Source of the DNA: Catajapyx aquilonaris | Lineage: Eukaryota | NCBI GenBank assembly: GCA_000934665.2 | Contig: KZ539067.1 | Span: forward strand, 1 to 34,553 | Direction: 5' to 3' | Length of the DNA: 34,553 nucleotides | Part shown: positions 11,422-23,249 of the stretch, piece after piece | Position numbering within the stretch: position 1 is the stretch's first letter | How the letters are laid out: the number at the start of each line of letters is the position of its first letter | Translations under genes and position numbers: made by a program | The notes under the pieces: model-generated | The model's input: the letters and a program-made list of their open reading frames with translations, nothing else | Databases searched by the model: none | What the model was told of the DNA's origin: nothing

Positions 11422-11668
11422 AATAAATAATGGATACCCCGTGATAAGCCTCCTTAGGCTTTTTACGGGATCATCTATTAATTGACAGACTTTAATAATT
11501 GCCTTTGCTGTAATGGATTTTGATAGTTGGAGGAAACGCGAGAACCCCGAGAAAACCCATCGAAACTCTATCCACATAAGTATCCTCTGTCCGATCCGGG
11601 GATCGAACTTGGGACCTTAGAGATGGAAGGCTGTGGGGCTAACCACTCCCCCACCGTGCCGCCCACTT
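11422..11668 (-). mobile_element. tRNA-derived SINE (SINE4) with V-domain-like core
   Basis: B box agttcgatccc, core gggttttctcggggttctcgcgtttcctcc, 3' tcacggggta plus AT-rich tail. 15-bp TSD cccat(a/t)tattgatat (11407-11421, 11669-11683). Confidence 0.8.
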
Positions 11669-11742
11669 CCCATTTATTGATATTTTACAATAGTGATTAT
11701 ATAGCTATTTTAAAATATAGGTCTGCACTGGGTCTACATTAA

Positions 11743-12225
11743 GGGGGGATCAAGAGAATTTGGGAGTAAAGTTCTCACTAACAACAGCAGAACCGATTTT
11801 TTTTTATAGTAAGTGTAACGGACCTCTCTCTTACACATGTGTACTGTACTTTTCCCATATTCCTCATGTACCGGTAGTATTTTAAAAAGTAATTTGCATT
11901 CGGGAGTAATTTACGCCGTCGTAAAATTTTAAGTCATGTCGTAACAAGGACCAAAAAATGCGGAAAAATTAGGTGCTCCGGACCTATAAAGCCGATTTTT
12001 ATATTTAGCTATAACCTTTCTGCAAATAATAATTGTCAAAATTTGACTGATTTGAAAACTACTAGAAGTCGGGGGAACCCTAATTTTCACGATTTTTATG
12101 GTGCCTAGAGGGAATTGTCAACATCAAATGCGACCCTTCTTTTGTGTAGGGAAGGTGGGATCGAGTGTCTCCTCTTTCGGCCAGAGTTGGATCTCGAAGA
12201 TGTCCGGATTTTCTATATCGCCACC
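11743..12225. mobile_element. Degenerate TTAA-flanked element (Kolobok-like)
   Basis: ttaa|ggggggatcaagagaatttggga ... tccggattttctatatcgccacc|ttaa. Imperfect TIRs with GG...CC termini. Confidence 0.5.
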
Positions 12226-12295
12226 TTAACACTTCTGTTGGAGCTGTTTTACTTTCTATTGTTGTACTAGTTCAATATACTAGTGTATGTCCTAC

Positions 12296-12880
12296 CTGGT
12301 CGGACCTGCTTGACGAGGAACCAAATCAGGGACCTGTTTTCCTCAGGAAGCTCCTCTGTCTGCTCTCCAACTGCACCAAATTCCTCCTCTGCATTCTCCT
12401 GATAGGGTGTCTCCTCTGGCTCATGGAGAAGCTCCTCATCTTCCTCCTCCTCCTCCTCCTCCTCTTCCTCCTCCTCCTCCTCCGACTCGGTGTCGGACAG
12501 CATGTGATGATGCTGCCTTCCTGGACTCTCAGGCCCACCTTCGTCTGTGTGGCTAGCACTATCTTCCAGGTCGTGGTCCCTAAAATGTTGCTCGTAATCG
12601 AGTTCGGACCAACCTGTGGTGCCTGTTGCCCCTGTTGCCTGGTAGGGATGTCCAACTGGTGTGGGAACCGCAGTCTGCTGATGATTGTTTGGAGCGTTGC
12701 CCCCACCCTGTGTCCCTCCACTGGATCCACCGGAGTTCGAGGAGCGATTACTTACAGACCGCATTAACAAGGAAGAGCAACGGAGAACAAGTTCCAACGC
12801 ATCTAGCCAGCACTTTCCAGCAGCTTGTGATGGTGCTCGAAAAATAAGATACGCCGTGGGAAGTGGCTGCACCACAGCAC
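12296..12880 (-). CDS. OSBPL8: ORP8-like coding exon: end of PH domain, acidic linker, start of ORD lid
   Basis: Acceptor tttggcacag|GT, donor CCAG|gtagga, 585 nt, phase 1-1. Encodes AVVQPLPTAYLIFRA...CWLDALEL...EENRSLIWFLVKQVRPG. Confidence 0.95.
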
Positions 12881-13556
12881 CTGTGCCAAAGGAAATGCCA
12901 TCTTTATACATGTGATAAAAAGTATATCATGACTACATCATCAAGCCAGTATGTGCAATTTGTACAATCCTCATAACAGCAAGTTCCAATTGGCTGCCAC
13001 ATCTCTTTCTCTAATTGACCCTATGAGTAAATTTCGTATTAACGAACCTTTTGACAACCCCATTTATATAAGGGCTGGAATTTTATATGGCAACCCATCT
13101 GTAGAGTAACGGTGAAGTAGAGTAGGTTTATACCGCGTAGGCCACAGATAGGTTGGGTTCTTATCTGACCTCTGGGCAGAATGGGATCATCCCACCACAG
13201 GCACAGAAATTTAAAACTGAATTTCACTTTTTCATCTAATATAATTAGCACAACTTCCAACAAAAATGATCATAGTGCACAGCAAAATCAGTCCTGGAGG
13301 AGGTCCTTTGCACCTGCTTTGGTTCCTCTAAGCAGTGTTTTTTGTGAACCATGCTCCATGATGCTTGCAGTAGGGATAACGGACATGTCAAAAGGCAAAA
13401 ATTACTTGAAACTATTTTAAACAATGTCAATGACAATACTAGTGGTTTGTCCAGTATCTCGTTGCAGAAATGTACAGTTTAGATTGCTAGAAGACATTTG
13501 ACCAAATTTTAAAATTCAATGTGTAAAAGGCACGACAGGCTCCATCTGAAACTTAC

Positions 13557-13701
13557 CTAATGTTTCTCCCTCAGGTCCCCTTGTAGCCCAAATGGACTGC
13601 TCCAGTGGATGGTACAATTTAAAGCAGAAACCATCCTTCTTGGAAGGGCGTTCAATCACTTCACATGTATTCAGTAGCACTGTTCCGACCCAGTGACTGC
13701 T
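13557..13701 (-). CDS. OSBPL8: ORP8-like coding exon: PH domain middle
   Basis: Acceptor tgtttcag|AGC, donor TTAG|gtaagt. Encodes SSHWVGTVLLNTCEVIERPSKKDGFCFKLYHPLEQSIWATRGPEGETL, closely resembling the ORP8 PH domain. Confidence 0.95.
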
Positions 13702-13837
13702 CTGAAACACATTTTTGGAAGAAAACAATATTAACCAACTCCCACTGAATCAGAAAGGGCATGACATAAAAAGAGTGGGTTTCCATGTCACAGGGGTTGT
13801 GAATCCAACTCACTCTTTCTGAGCCCCCCCCCCCCCC

Positions 13838-13917
13838 NNNNNNNNNNNNNNNNNNNNNNNNNNNNNNNNNNNNNNNNNNNNNNNNNNNNNNNNNNNNNNN
13901 NNNNNNNNNNNNNNNNN
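13838..13917. other. Assembly gap (80 N)
   Basis: Run of N next to a poly-C tract. Confidence 0.99.
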
Positions 13918-14120
13918 CAGCCAGATATGTTGCAATAGCTGGTTAGGGTTCTTGACAAAAAAAATGATGAGTTATGATTTTCTGAAATTCCTTGCTTTTA
14001 ACATCACGCTGGTACAGACAGCACATTACAGGGTGTTCCAATTGCAATGACTTTAGTGGTCAGCAATTTTTTCCACTACACTGCTTATTTTTAAGCAATT
14101 ACTTTTGCAGAGTTAATTGT

Positions 14121-15439
14121 AGTAGGGGAGACCGGGGCTAGATGGCTCACTTTTTACATTTTATTTTTTTCTGAGGCCAGTTAAGACTTATTCACTGTAA
14201 TTTTTATACTGATAAATACTTCAGACATTTGAGCATATATGTGATATTTTTGCATGCTTGCATTTTAGATATGCTATCCACTAGAAATTATTTAAAAAGC
14301 CTCTGCATGTGTGCCATCGTACCCCGTGCCCGGGGCACGGTGGCACAAGGCATGGGGTACGTTGGCACAGTAATATAAGGCTAAGGTAGGGCTTATGAAA
14401 TAATATGAAAATCACTTCCACACACATTATCGATTCATACCCCTATAGTTACAAGTTATTACAAAGACGTTACAAGATATTCAGAACTTTTTGCCTACAG
14501 GATAACATAGCTTGCCCTCCAACTAAGGAGCAAGTAGCCGGCAACTGGGAAAAGTGCATGGGCCCAGCCCAGCCCCCGGACACTCCCGCTATTATCAGCT
14601 CTTATCACCTGCTGGGGCGTTTTTGGGGAGGTGACAGCACGATAGCGCTTTATGGCGGTTTTTCTTCACAGCTTAGATCAGTGGCGACACCACCGGACTC
14701 AGTAGAAGAGAAGCGACATGCTCCTCTTCTACTGAAGACCCCTACGGACTCCTCTGAACTTCAGTAGAAGAGGAGCGAGTCGTCTCTCTTCTACTGAGTC
14801 CAGTGGTGTCGCCACTCGTCAAAGCCGTGAAGAAAACCGCCATAAAGCGCTATCATGTGGTCACCTCCCGAAAAACGCCCCAGCAGGCGATAAGAGGTAG
14901 TGACCAGACCTTAGTATTCTAAGGCCATGGCCTGGCCTAATAAGTGACAGGGGAGAGGTACTAGAGACTAGACTAACTAGAGGCTGCCATGCTCTTCCAT
15001 AATCGCCATGGTCCGCCAAGGTTGGTAGGGACATGTGCCAATGTGCCTCAAACAAAATGTGCCATCAAACCCCGTAGACATTTTTTAAACTTTTCTTATC
15101 CTCCTGCTCTTGCGTGACAAATATTAAATGGCCATTTATACGCTGTCATTTTGTAGGCAGATATTCTGCCTTGGAAACACGTTATTAGGCTCAGTGATGT
15201 AGCCCTTCCATTGGAAGAAAAAAAGAAAAACTAATGAGAAATTGCAATTTACTGAAATGGTCAAAAACTGAAAAAATCGGTACTGCCACCGACAGGCTTT
15301 TGCAATTGAATTGAAAATAGGATCTAATGTGGAGCATGTATATCTGCACCTACCACAGAAGCATCAGGTCCGTGAACTTAATAGCCTCTTCACAAATGTG
15401 ACTGTGCCATCGTACCCCTGTAGCCCGGTCTCCCCTACT
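14121..15439. mobile_element. Non-autonomous TIR element (pogo/Tc1-like)
   Basis: Ends agtaggggagaccggggcta / tagcccggtctcccctact, with internal repeats of gtgccatcgtacccc. TSD is unclear. Confidence 0.7.
14570..14929 (+). mobile_element. Family X hairpin element, copy 3 (divergent subfamily)
   Basis: Ends cagcccccggacact ... gtgaccagacctta...ggccatg. TSD gcccagcc / gcctggcc (6 of 8 match). Internal palindrome about 14598-14896. Confidence 0.85.
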
Positions 15440-15501
15440 GGTAGTTAAAATATCCATTTGGGCATGGCCCCATTTGAACAATTGGCATAGCACACCAATG
15501 A

Positions 15502-16454
15502 TTAAGTGGCCATATTTTTCGCGAGCCAAAGCGGGACGGTTTTCATAATCGCCGATTTCAGGCATTTAAATTTGTGTCACTGACTTTGCTTAAGGTAGCC
15601 TATTTATATACCATTTGATATTAAAATCCAAATTATTAAATATATTATTGCAAAAAATATTTATGTGGTTCAGTATGCATAATGAACCACATATCTATGA
15701 ACCAGCTACCTTAGCCACCAAATCTGCTCTTGATTCATTAGGCAAGAAGCAAGAATGCAAGACGACAGTCATATTCGTATCAGTTCAGAATGGTTAACCA
15801 AAGTCAAAAATCGATTTTGTTGATTATTTGATCGATTTGCTTAAGAACTCGCATTGCAACATTAGAAACATTCGAAGTAGCCTACTAATAACACAAAGCT
15901 AATTAAAAGGAATTTGTAGAACAGCACAAAAGTCATGTTCAAAGGGTTGTAATATGGCAAATAAGTAAAGAGCAAAAGAACCCGCCGCAGGCGAATTTTT
16001 TGGGAGGTTAAAGGTCACACAAGATTATGCGAGAGATTAGGTGAATCGTGAATGTAACTGACAAAGTACAGTGTAAGCACATCGGATATAAACAAGTAGA
16101 AAGGTCGGTCCCTTCATATTTCCAGCAGTGCCAATGTATACAAGTATACAGTTGAATCGGGTTATAACAAACTTGTCTGCTATTTTTCGCAGAAAACCGA
16201 TTATTCGAGGGACAGATTCGAATATTACGATTTTTGCTATCTGCAAAATTGATTTCGGAAAGTCGATTTTTTTCTGGGCAATAATCAAGTTTTCGATTAA
16301 ATCGATCTCGGATATTTTCGGACCGGTGCGGTGCACTGATTTTCGGGTGCGTTAAAGGGGTCTATAGGCTCAAAGCGGGACATTCGTGCGTCCCGCCAAT
16401 CATTTCTTCGACAGTGGGACACCAATCATAAATTCGGGACGTACGGCCACTTTA
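15502..16454. mobile_element. hAT-like (Blackjack-type) non-autonomous element
   Basis: Ends ttaagtggccata / tacggccacttta, repeated subterminal cgggac motifs, degenerate TSD (caatga on both sides). Confidence 0.55.
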
Positions 16455-16923
16455 CGGCAATGATACTCATTTTTGCACATTTTAAAAAGAATGGCTCCAC
16501 AAAACCTGGCGCCGGGCGCTACATTGTTCGCTATCCGCCATATTTTTCAAGGTGCACTCTAGTGGTAAGTCTGTGGAAGGAAAGAAAGATCCAGCCAATC
16601 GCGGCAGACTACCTGCTACCTACCACTCGAGTTGCACCTTGAACAAGATGGCGTCTTGGCGAACGATGGTACACAGTTATTACACTACCGTATTCGAGGA
16701 GTGTCATAGGGCTGCTTCCAGTTAATCATTTTCATTATGCTGCTAATTTCATCTAGATCTAAATAGTGCTGCAAATTGTTATCTTTATTGATGACAATTT
16801 ATATTGTGCCACATGTAAAATTCTCCTTTTTATTGATCAACATTCAGGTTGACATGAGAGATGAGTGTATTCATTTGTAGTTGTGCTTACAAATGTAATT
16901 ACACAATGTGTACTTATGGCATC

Positions 16924-17400
16924 TCATGAAGCTGTGATTATATTTGACTTGAACTCTGTAATAAAAGTCACTCTGAATTTACCCAAATCCATACGTTTGC
17001 ATCCAACAAAAAGTTTTGAATATCCCACTGGTAATTTGGTTCCCATTATCCCTGGCACGATAATATCATGAAATTGCATCTGATCGAGTGGTTGGCCACA
17101 CACCTCATTACGATTACTTGTGATTATGCATATCATTTGTCACTTGAGCATGGAACCTACTCCTTATTATGTGTGATTACATAATAAAGTGTATACCTAT
17201 ACCTGATTGCACTAGGGCCCAACCTCACATACTGTATCTGATACTTTTAATAACATCGTACAAACAGCATCCAGTTGCATCTAATTTGGATTCAAGTGTG
17301 TCAGTGCAGTTTCCTGATTCGTGTGAAAAATTCGGAATCCTTGAATAACATAACCAGATGGAAAAAGTTCCGAGCTGTCTTCCCCACTGTTTGCAAATCC
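16924..17400 (-). pseudogene. Possible highly decayed transposase fragment (Mutator-like domain)
   Basis: Fragments IQGFRIFH and DIIVPGIMGTKLPVGYSKLFVGCKRMDLG loosely resemble arthropod Mutator-like domains; recognised by eye only. Confidence 0.25.
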
Positions 17401-17659
17401 ATTTTCACATTCATGCAGATCCGACTTGACACAAAGGTTGCCAAGGATTTTCGAGACGAAAAAGTACGAACCAAAATCACATTTTTGATTGTTAAGTGGG
17501 CGGAGCACTGGAGTCTATCGATTCAACTCGAGGCACAAGAGACCAAGCCTGCACTAATGAAGTGAGTAAAAACAAGGACGAGGGAAAAGCAAAGCCTCAT
17601 TGGACGCCATCATCATAACAAGTTCAATCGACGGCTCGACGCCTAGGATGCACCTCAAA

Positions 17660-18650
17660 GCCTCCCCCCATTTTTTTGCCCTCCTTTTGACTCATTACCA
17701 GCCTCACTGATCCACTTTCTTAACGATGATAAGCCCCATTTGACACCTTCCCAATTCCTCGGTTTCGCCACCTAATTAGGCGCGCCAGCACATGATAGTG
17801 TGTAAGCAGGGGTGGCCAGTCATGGCCCCCTACTGTATAGAGTCACTTCCAGCATATTTGGAACTCGAAGTGACTGTACCATACGGTCCATCGTCAGGTT
17901 GGCAAGGTTACTACATAATTTTGTCCTCAACCTGGTGCATCAAGGGAAATGGATCCGTCACATTTCCGCCACCTTCCTACGTCCGTACTCCTTTTTCCGG
18001 CTCTCTGGTCGAACTTTATGTTGTGTGGCGGTTGCCATGGGAATCCGTCTGGAGGCGGCCACCAAATTCCAGAATTGTGTCGTCTAAGCCGGCAAGCAAA
18101 TTGTCACTGTTCACGTATGCTAATAGTGCTGATATCCGCCAAGATTGATCAACTACCGCGCATTTTTTTGGCCAAATTCCACCCGACGCAATCGATCTCT
18201 GCAACTGGATGGTATCGAGGGATGCAATATTCACTGTGTAAAGGTCGGGAAGCCAATAATTCAGGTGTCCCCAAGAGCTGTGTCACGCCACATCTAATTA
18301 TTTCTACACCTCTAATTATTTGATGCAGGCTGCCCGGGGCATTCGTACCTTTTCGCTTGCGGGCATGACATCCGGATAAAGGTGTACCTGCAGCGTCACT
18401 TTCTGCATCGATTGGGGGGAGAGGCAAATTGAGATTGATTCCTCATAGATTCTTCCACAGGGCAGGCAAACCCAGAATACTATATACGTAAATTCATTTT
18501 CTAAATATGCTCTGTCAACATGGTTACATAACGGTACAAGTTGGCGCGAGCCCGCTCTACACAGGTAGGGTGGGGGGAAAATATCGTTTTGCCCCATTGT
18601 GTCAACATTCAACTGGGCCGTATTCATCCCAAATATTAGCTATCCTGATT
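17660..18650 (-). pseudogene. Decayed Ty3/Gypsy-like integrase region
   Basis: Collinear frameshifted motifs: H...IVFW...I...C..Q...LYP...P (zinc-finger region), LGTPELLAS, RYHP, W..SALLAYVNS...G....LEFGGRLQT (compare LLAYRNTP..TG.SPAELLFGRRLRT). A purine-rich PPT-like tract follows near 17660-17690. Confidence 0.5.
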
Positions 18651-19100
18651 TGTTAAGCACAGAGGAGAGCCGAAGTGGATGACCGTATCGAACCGCCCAG
18701 GAAATTATGATCGACTATTCTGCTCGTGCCAGGCCTAAATAACCAACTAGGTAATAGTCGCCCACACAGCGCCACAGTTGCCTAAACATTGACTGTACCC
18801 CCTTACTTATTTACTCTGGACCGAAGTCATAATTCCGCGGACTGTTCGATACCGTGGTTCATTTGGCGCTGCTCCAGTAACTATACACCCAGAGGAGGAA
18901 TGTTACTCGACAGGTAACTGCGACAACCCTGTCGGTCACATAAGATAATCCACGCTAACCGAAGACATGAAGCAAGCAATTGTGCTGCGACCAACAGGCC
19001 TCCCAACTACACCTGGTGGAAACGATCCGCCGCGAGATTACTTTCATTCAACAGTACACTCATTCCTTTTTTACAGACCAAAATTATCATCATGCCCTAC

Positions 19101-19361
19101 CTTGGCCTTAGGACTCTTGTAGAGTAGTATCAGTCCGGGCTTGAGGACACACCACAATTTAGTCCACCCCTTGAGGGTCCCACGGACTTTGAGCCAGTCT
19201 GCCAATACGATGATCGACGGATCCTTGAGGGTGCTGAGGAGCTCCTTGGCCACCCGCTTCTTCTCACGGCGGTAGTTCTTACGTTGTGCCTTGTACGACT
19301 CCTTCCGGGTTAGGGTTGTCGTAGAAGAATCGTCAGCTTGATTCTGAGAGCTGGAACCGTT
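19101..19361 (-). CDS. OSBPL8: ORP8-like coding exon: polybasic segment and PH domain start
   Basis: Acceptor tgtccacag|AAC (nearby alternative AGs exist), donor AAG|gtaggg. Encodes LTRKESYKAQRKNYRREKKRVAKELL...DWLKVRGTLKGWTKLWCVLKPG. Confidence 0.93.
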
Positions 19362-19908
19362 CTGTGGACAGTCGACAAATAGGACCTTCAAAACTATGTC
19401 ATTTATGAACACATGTCACCAGATCAGAGGGATTAAAATGCGGCAGAAAATGGTCCCCAAGAGACTGAGGTCATTCAACTGGAACGCCCTGTATATGTAA
19501 CATTTGCAGCTGCACGGCTGTCCGGAATTTTACGCATGTTACAAAAGTGCATTTGAGAGATGAATATAGCACCTGTCGCCCGATAGCACTACAGCATCCA
19601 TATAGCTTCAAGTGGTCCAAAATCCCAAGCATCACTCGACCTCGTTTTGTCTCCTTCGCGTGCGCAATGAGCTGTTAATGGCCACGTAAAAAGCCCCTCC
19701 ATAATCGCCCTTGTGCTCAACTATGCCCGTTAGCGAAATACTATAACTACCGCACCCAGGATCCAATTTGTCGGGTGAATTAGGTCCACTCTTGACCGCT
19801 GGTGGGCCTCTCGACATTTTGTGTTTCTTCACGGGCCACTGGCTTCAAATTCAAAAATTTTGAATATCCGTTAACCCGGTTAAAATGAAAAGAACAGGTA
19901 AATTTCCA

Positions 19909-20131
19909 CAGTTATAGTCTCCGCTGTCCTAAACGTAAATCGTATTTTTAAAACTTCCCCCGACCTTCATAAAGCATTCCCGCGAAAGCCCGAAATTTTT
20001 AAAATACGAATTTTCCAAACTTGGAAAATTCATATCTTAAAAATTTCGGGCTTTCGCGGGTAATGCTTTATGACGGTCGGGTGAAGTTTTAAAAATACAA
20101 TTTATGTTTAGGACAGCGGCGACTATAACGG
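19909..20131. mobile_element. Almost fully palindromic MITE
   Basis: About 110-bp arms gttatagtctccgctgtcctaaac...aattttccaa, 2-nt loop (ac), then ttggaaaatt...gtttaggacagcggcgactataac. Confidence 0.85.
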
Positions 20132-21714
20132 TTACACAGCGATCGCGCTTTCCATTCTCGATCTGTGCCAAAAACCAGTGGCGACTGCAATATGCCAAAC
20201 GTTATTAAATCACAGTCCGCAAATTGCTGGCTCCATTTCATACTCCTATAGTTTCCGGCACCGGACTACAAAACAGCAAACAGCGATCGCTGTTTAGAAT
20301 TTTCCGGCGCGTATTACACCCCCTAGTGGCCAGGCCTTATTAACTCCATGGCAGATACCGTCAAGCTCTTGATTGCTGGCAATACCCCTGGTCCAAAACA
20401 CAAAAGCTGCGACAAGTACTCGGGGGAAAGCTGACATCCAGAAGTCCTATCGATTTTGCGGAGCTCCTATGGGCCTTGCCGAGTTTCGACCATCCAACTC
20501 TTGCCCTTCATATGGATAAGTGACCCCTTACATCAAAGGACACGTGCACATTAGGATAAGTGACCCTATAACTCAAACCGATCCGTATACATAGAACATC
20601 ATTAAGCACATGGAGAAAAGACCCTACATCATGCAATTTATGCACATGGGGACATATTATGGCCCATACATTTAAGGTTTTGTTAAATGATAAAGAACAC
20701 GTGCNCCCCCCCCCCCCCCACCACCAAAAAAAATAAAAAATAAAAAATAAAGTGCGTCGTGTGTCCTATTGTCAAAATAACCGAGGCTGTGCCAAGGCTG
20801 TGCTTCGTGTTGAGCGACATCGGTCACATATTTCATTTCGAGAGACGGGGTGAAATTATGCACTTAAGGTCTCCTCCAAAAACTTTCGGCACAAACTATG
20901 ACGCGAAAATGTCGCAATGCGCCTTGGGCTTCTATCTCGGGCTTGATCTAACAGGCTAATTGCGAGTTAAACCTGAGGTGTACCTGATCCTTGCCGGATC
21001 ATATCGCCTGTCGCATGACGCGGAAAAAATTTGGGGTAACAAGATATGAGGCGGCAAATTGCGATTTAAAAATTCGCGTGTTTTCAAACGAGAACGTGGC
21101 ACTCGATGATAGAATCCAGCGATGGGCAAAATATCGCCCCGACATACATCGGATACTGGACCCTTTCCAAGTTTTGGCGACAATGTATGCCAATGTAACG
21201 TGATTGATGTCCCCGCATATTCGATGAGGGGTTGCTACAAACCGGGATAAAATCTGACATTTAGACTTCGCTAATGTCTCACTTTATGCCCGAGGAAGGC
21301 AATTAACTAGCAACATAATCAATATGTAGCCAACAATATTATTATAAGTTCGCGTCGCATCAGTGATAAGCCGTTAGTGTGCGTTCAGTCAGTGGAATAA
21401 CAGCTGAAGAGGAGCTGTCACTTTAGCGCCTGTAATGTGGGCGACAACATATTGTGTCCGTCCACAATGCATCTGACGTCTAGCGTTGCGCGAAAAGAAA
21501 TGCATGGCATGAGAAGAAAATAATATATTGATGCTGTAAGTGACCCCATTATGGAGCCATCGATCATATGGACCTTTATCTGGCTCCGTGAAAGCCAATC
21601 GCTGGGGGAAAGGAAATCAGTGGCGCAGTTGCATTCCCCCACCCCCCGAAACGGAAATCAATGATACAGAGAGCCCATGTGCAATTAAACGGACGGAGAG
21701 ATATTTAACTTTAC

Positions 21715-21776
21715 CTTGTCCGAAGCGGGTGAGTCCAAGCCTCTGTCCATCAAATCTTCATGGTGACTGAAGGAGC
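21715..21776 (-). CDS. OSBPL8: Probable small 5' coding exon of the ORP8-like gene
   Basis: Acceptor ttcactttcag|GC, donor AAG|gtaaag, 62 nt, phase 1-0, in frame with the next exon. Reads SFSHHEDLMDRGLDSPASDK. Confidence 0.7.
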
Positions 21777-22686
21777 CTGAAAGTGAATAGGTGAATAAGA
21801 CGGACGGATCAAACATCGCTCATATAAGATACTGTACATATTCAGGTGTTTGCACCACCTGCTGAACGTGTCTCAACAGCAGCAACACCGACAGGGATGT
21901 CAAAGTCGGGAACCTGTTTTGCCATATGCCAACACTGAGCCCCCACTTCAATACAACAAAAAAACAAGAAAAGTTAATATACCGCTTATGAACATTTGCT
22001 TCATAACGAGAATGCCGGCGTAACCCCGTCCTACAATAGAAAGATTGCAAAACTTACCCAATACTAAAAATTCGTGGTGTCTCCGGATATTTCAAATAAT
22101 TAAATATGGAAATTATTATTCACGTATCACAATTGTGAGGCATTTTCATTTATATTACGCAGAAAAAAATAGAAACAATAGTAACTTATTGATTTACCAT
22201 CGTTCACGTGTAGTCAGATTCCTGAGTTATAATAATCTCGGACTGGTCTGCCCACGCCCACCCGCGGGAGTTACGATTCAATTGAAACATTGGAAACAAA
22301 TCACCTATCAACTCAAAAATGCCACGACAAATGAATCGACAGCAATGGGGAGTGGCCATCAAGATCAGCAGCCACGTGATTTACATTCAATAATCCGAAA
22401 TGCAATGCACAATCCCAGCTACTTGATATGTATTATTTTTAAACAAATCAGAAAGAGATTACCCGCAAGTTCGACAATTTTAAGTGGCACCCATCCGCGT
22501 CAAAGCCTCATTTGCATCCGGTCGCAACTTCGGTCCCCGCCGGCACGGAGTCTCAAATATGTGAATGCGGCTCTAATATTCGATTTTCTATACACAGTGA
22601 AGTTAGGGCTCAACATTGTTTACCGACAGGTATCCCTTGTATCTTAAGTTAAAACTTGGGAGTACCATTCATCTGGACGCGACTTA

Positions 22687-22845
22687 GGGCCAGTTGCACC
22701 GGCCTCAGTATAACTTAGAACCTCGGGTATAACAAGAATTGCCATAGCAATCATTGTTGACCGACAATGATTGCTATGGCAATTCTTGTTATACCCGAGG
22801 TTCTAAGTTATACCAAGGTTATACTGAGGCCGGTGCAACTGGCCC
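22687..22845. mobile_element. PIF/Harbinger-like palindromic MITE
   Basis: TTA|gggccagttgcaccggcctcagtataac ... gttatactgaggccggtgcaactggccc|TTA. Near-perfect hairpin with 8-nt loop. Confidence 0.9.
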
Positions 22846-22950
22846 TTATTACCCTTGTTATAGTGACCTTCATAATAATGACGTCGTCATGCATTATGAA
22901 CACGTCACTTCGGGTAAGTTACATGCTACTTTATAAGGACGTCACATATA

Positions 22951-23064
22951 CAGGGTAACCCAAAGTCTGAACACAGAGGTAATTGTATCATTGTTAGTTG
23001 TCAGGTTGCTAGTTGTCAACCAACAATACAATTACCTATGTGCCCATACTTTTGGGTCACCCTG
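22951..23064. mobile_element. Short Tc1/mariner-type MITE
   Basis: TA|cagggtaacccaaagt ... acttttgggtcaccctg|TA. Confidence 0.8.
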
Positions 23065-23249
23065 TACAGTGAAAGTAATCGCGTTCAGGTGATGGTTATT
23101 CAGCAGGCGATAATCAAAAACCTAAATAAGCCGTAAAGTGCTCAAACAAATGCAGAAGAGGTTGGACAAGCTGTGGTCGTATGTGGCAGTCCAGTGCAGT
23201 CCCATGCAATGGTGAAGATTCGCGGATTATGTAATGCATGTACGAGTAC

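Noticed and set aside
12165..12767. 200-aa plus-strand Leu-rich ORF
   Set aside because: Antisense shadow of the ORP8 exon; the poly-Leu is the reverse of the GAG repeat.
20513..20670. Short spaced repeats (ggataagtgaccc) as a CRISPR-like array
   Set aside because: Only two good copies plus degenerate ones, spacers resemble each other, eukaryotic context and no cas genes; a decayed minisatellite.
21820..22050. Possible additional exon just upstream of the 62-nt exon
   Set aside because: The phase-1 reading after the candidate acceptor hits a stop immediately, and no compatible donor was found.
22045..22647. 200-aa plus-strand ORF
   Set aside because: Non-ATG start, AT-rich intron-like composition and no recognisable motif.
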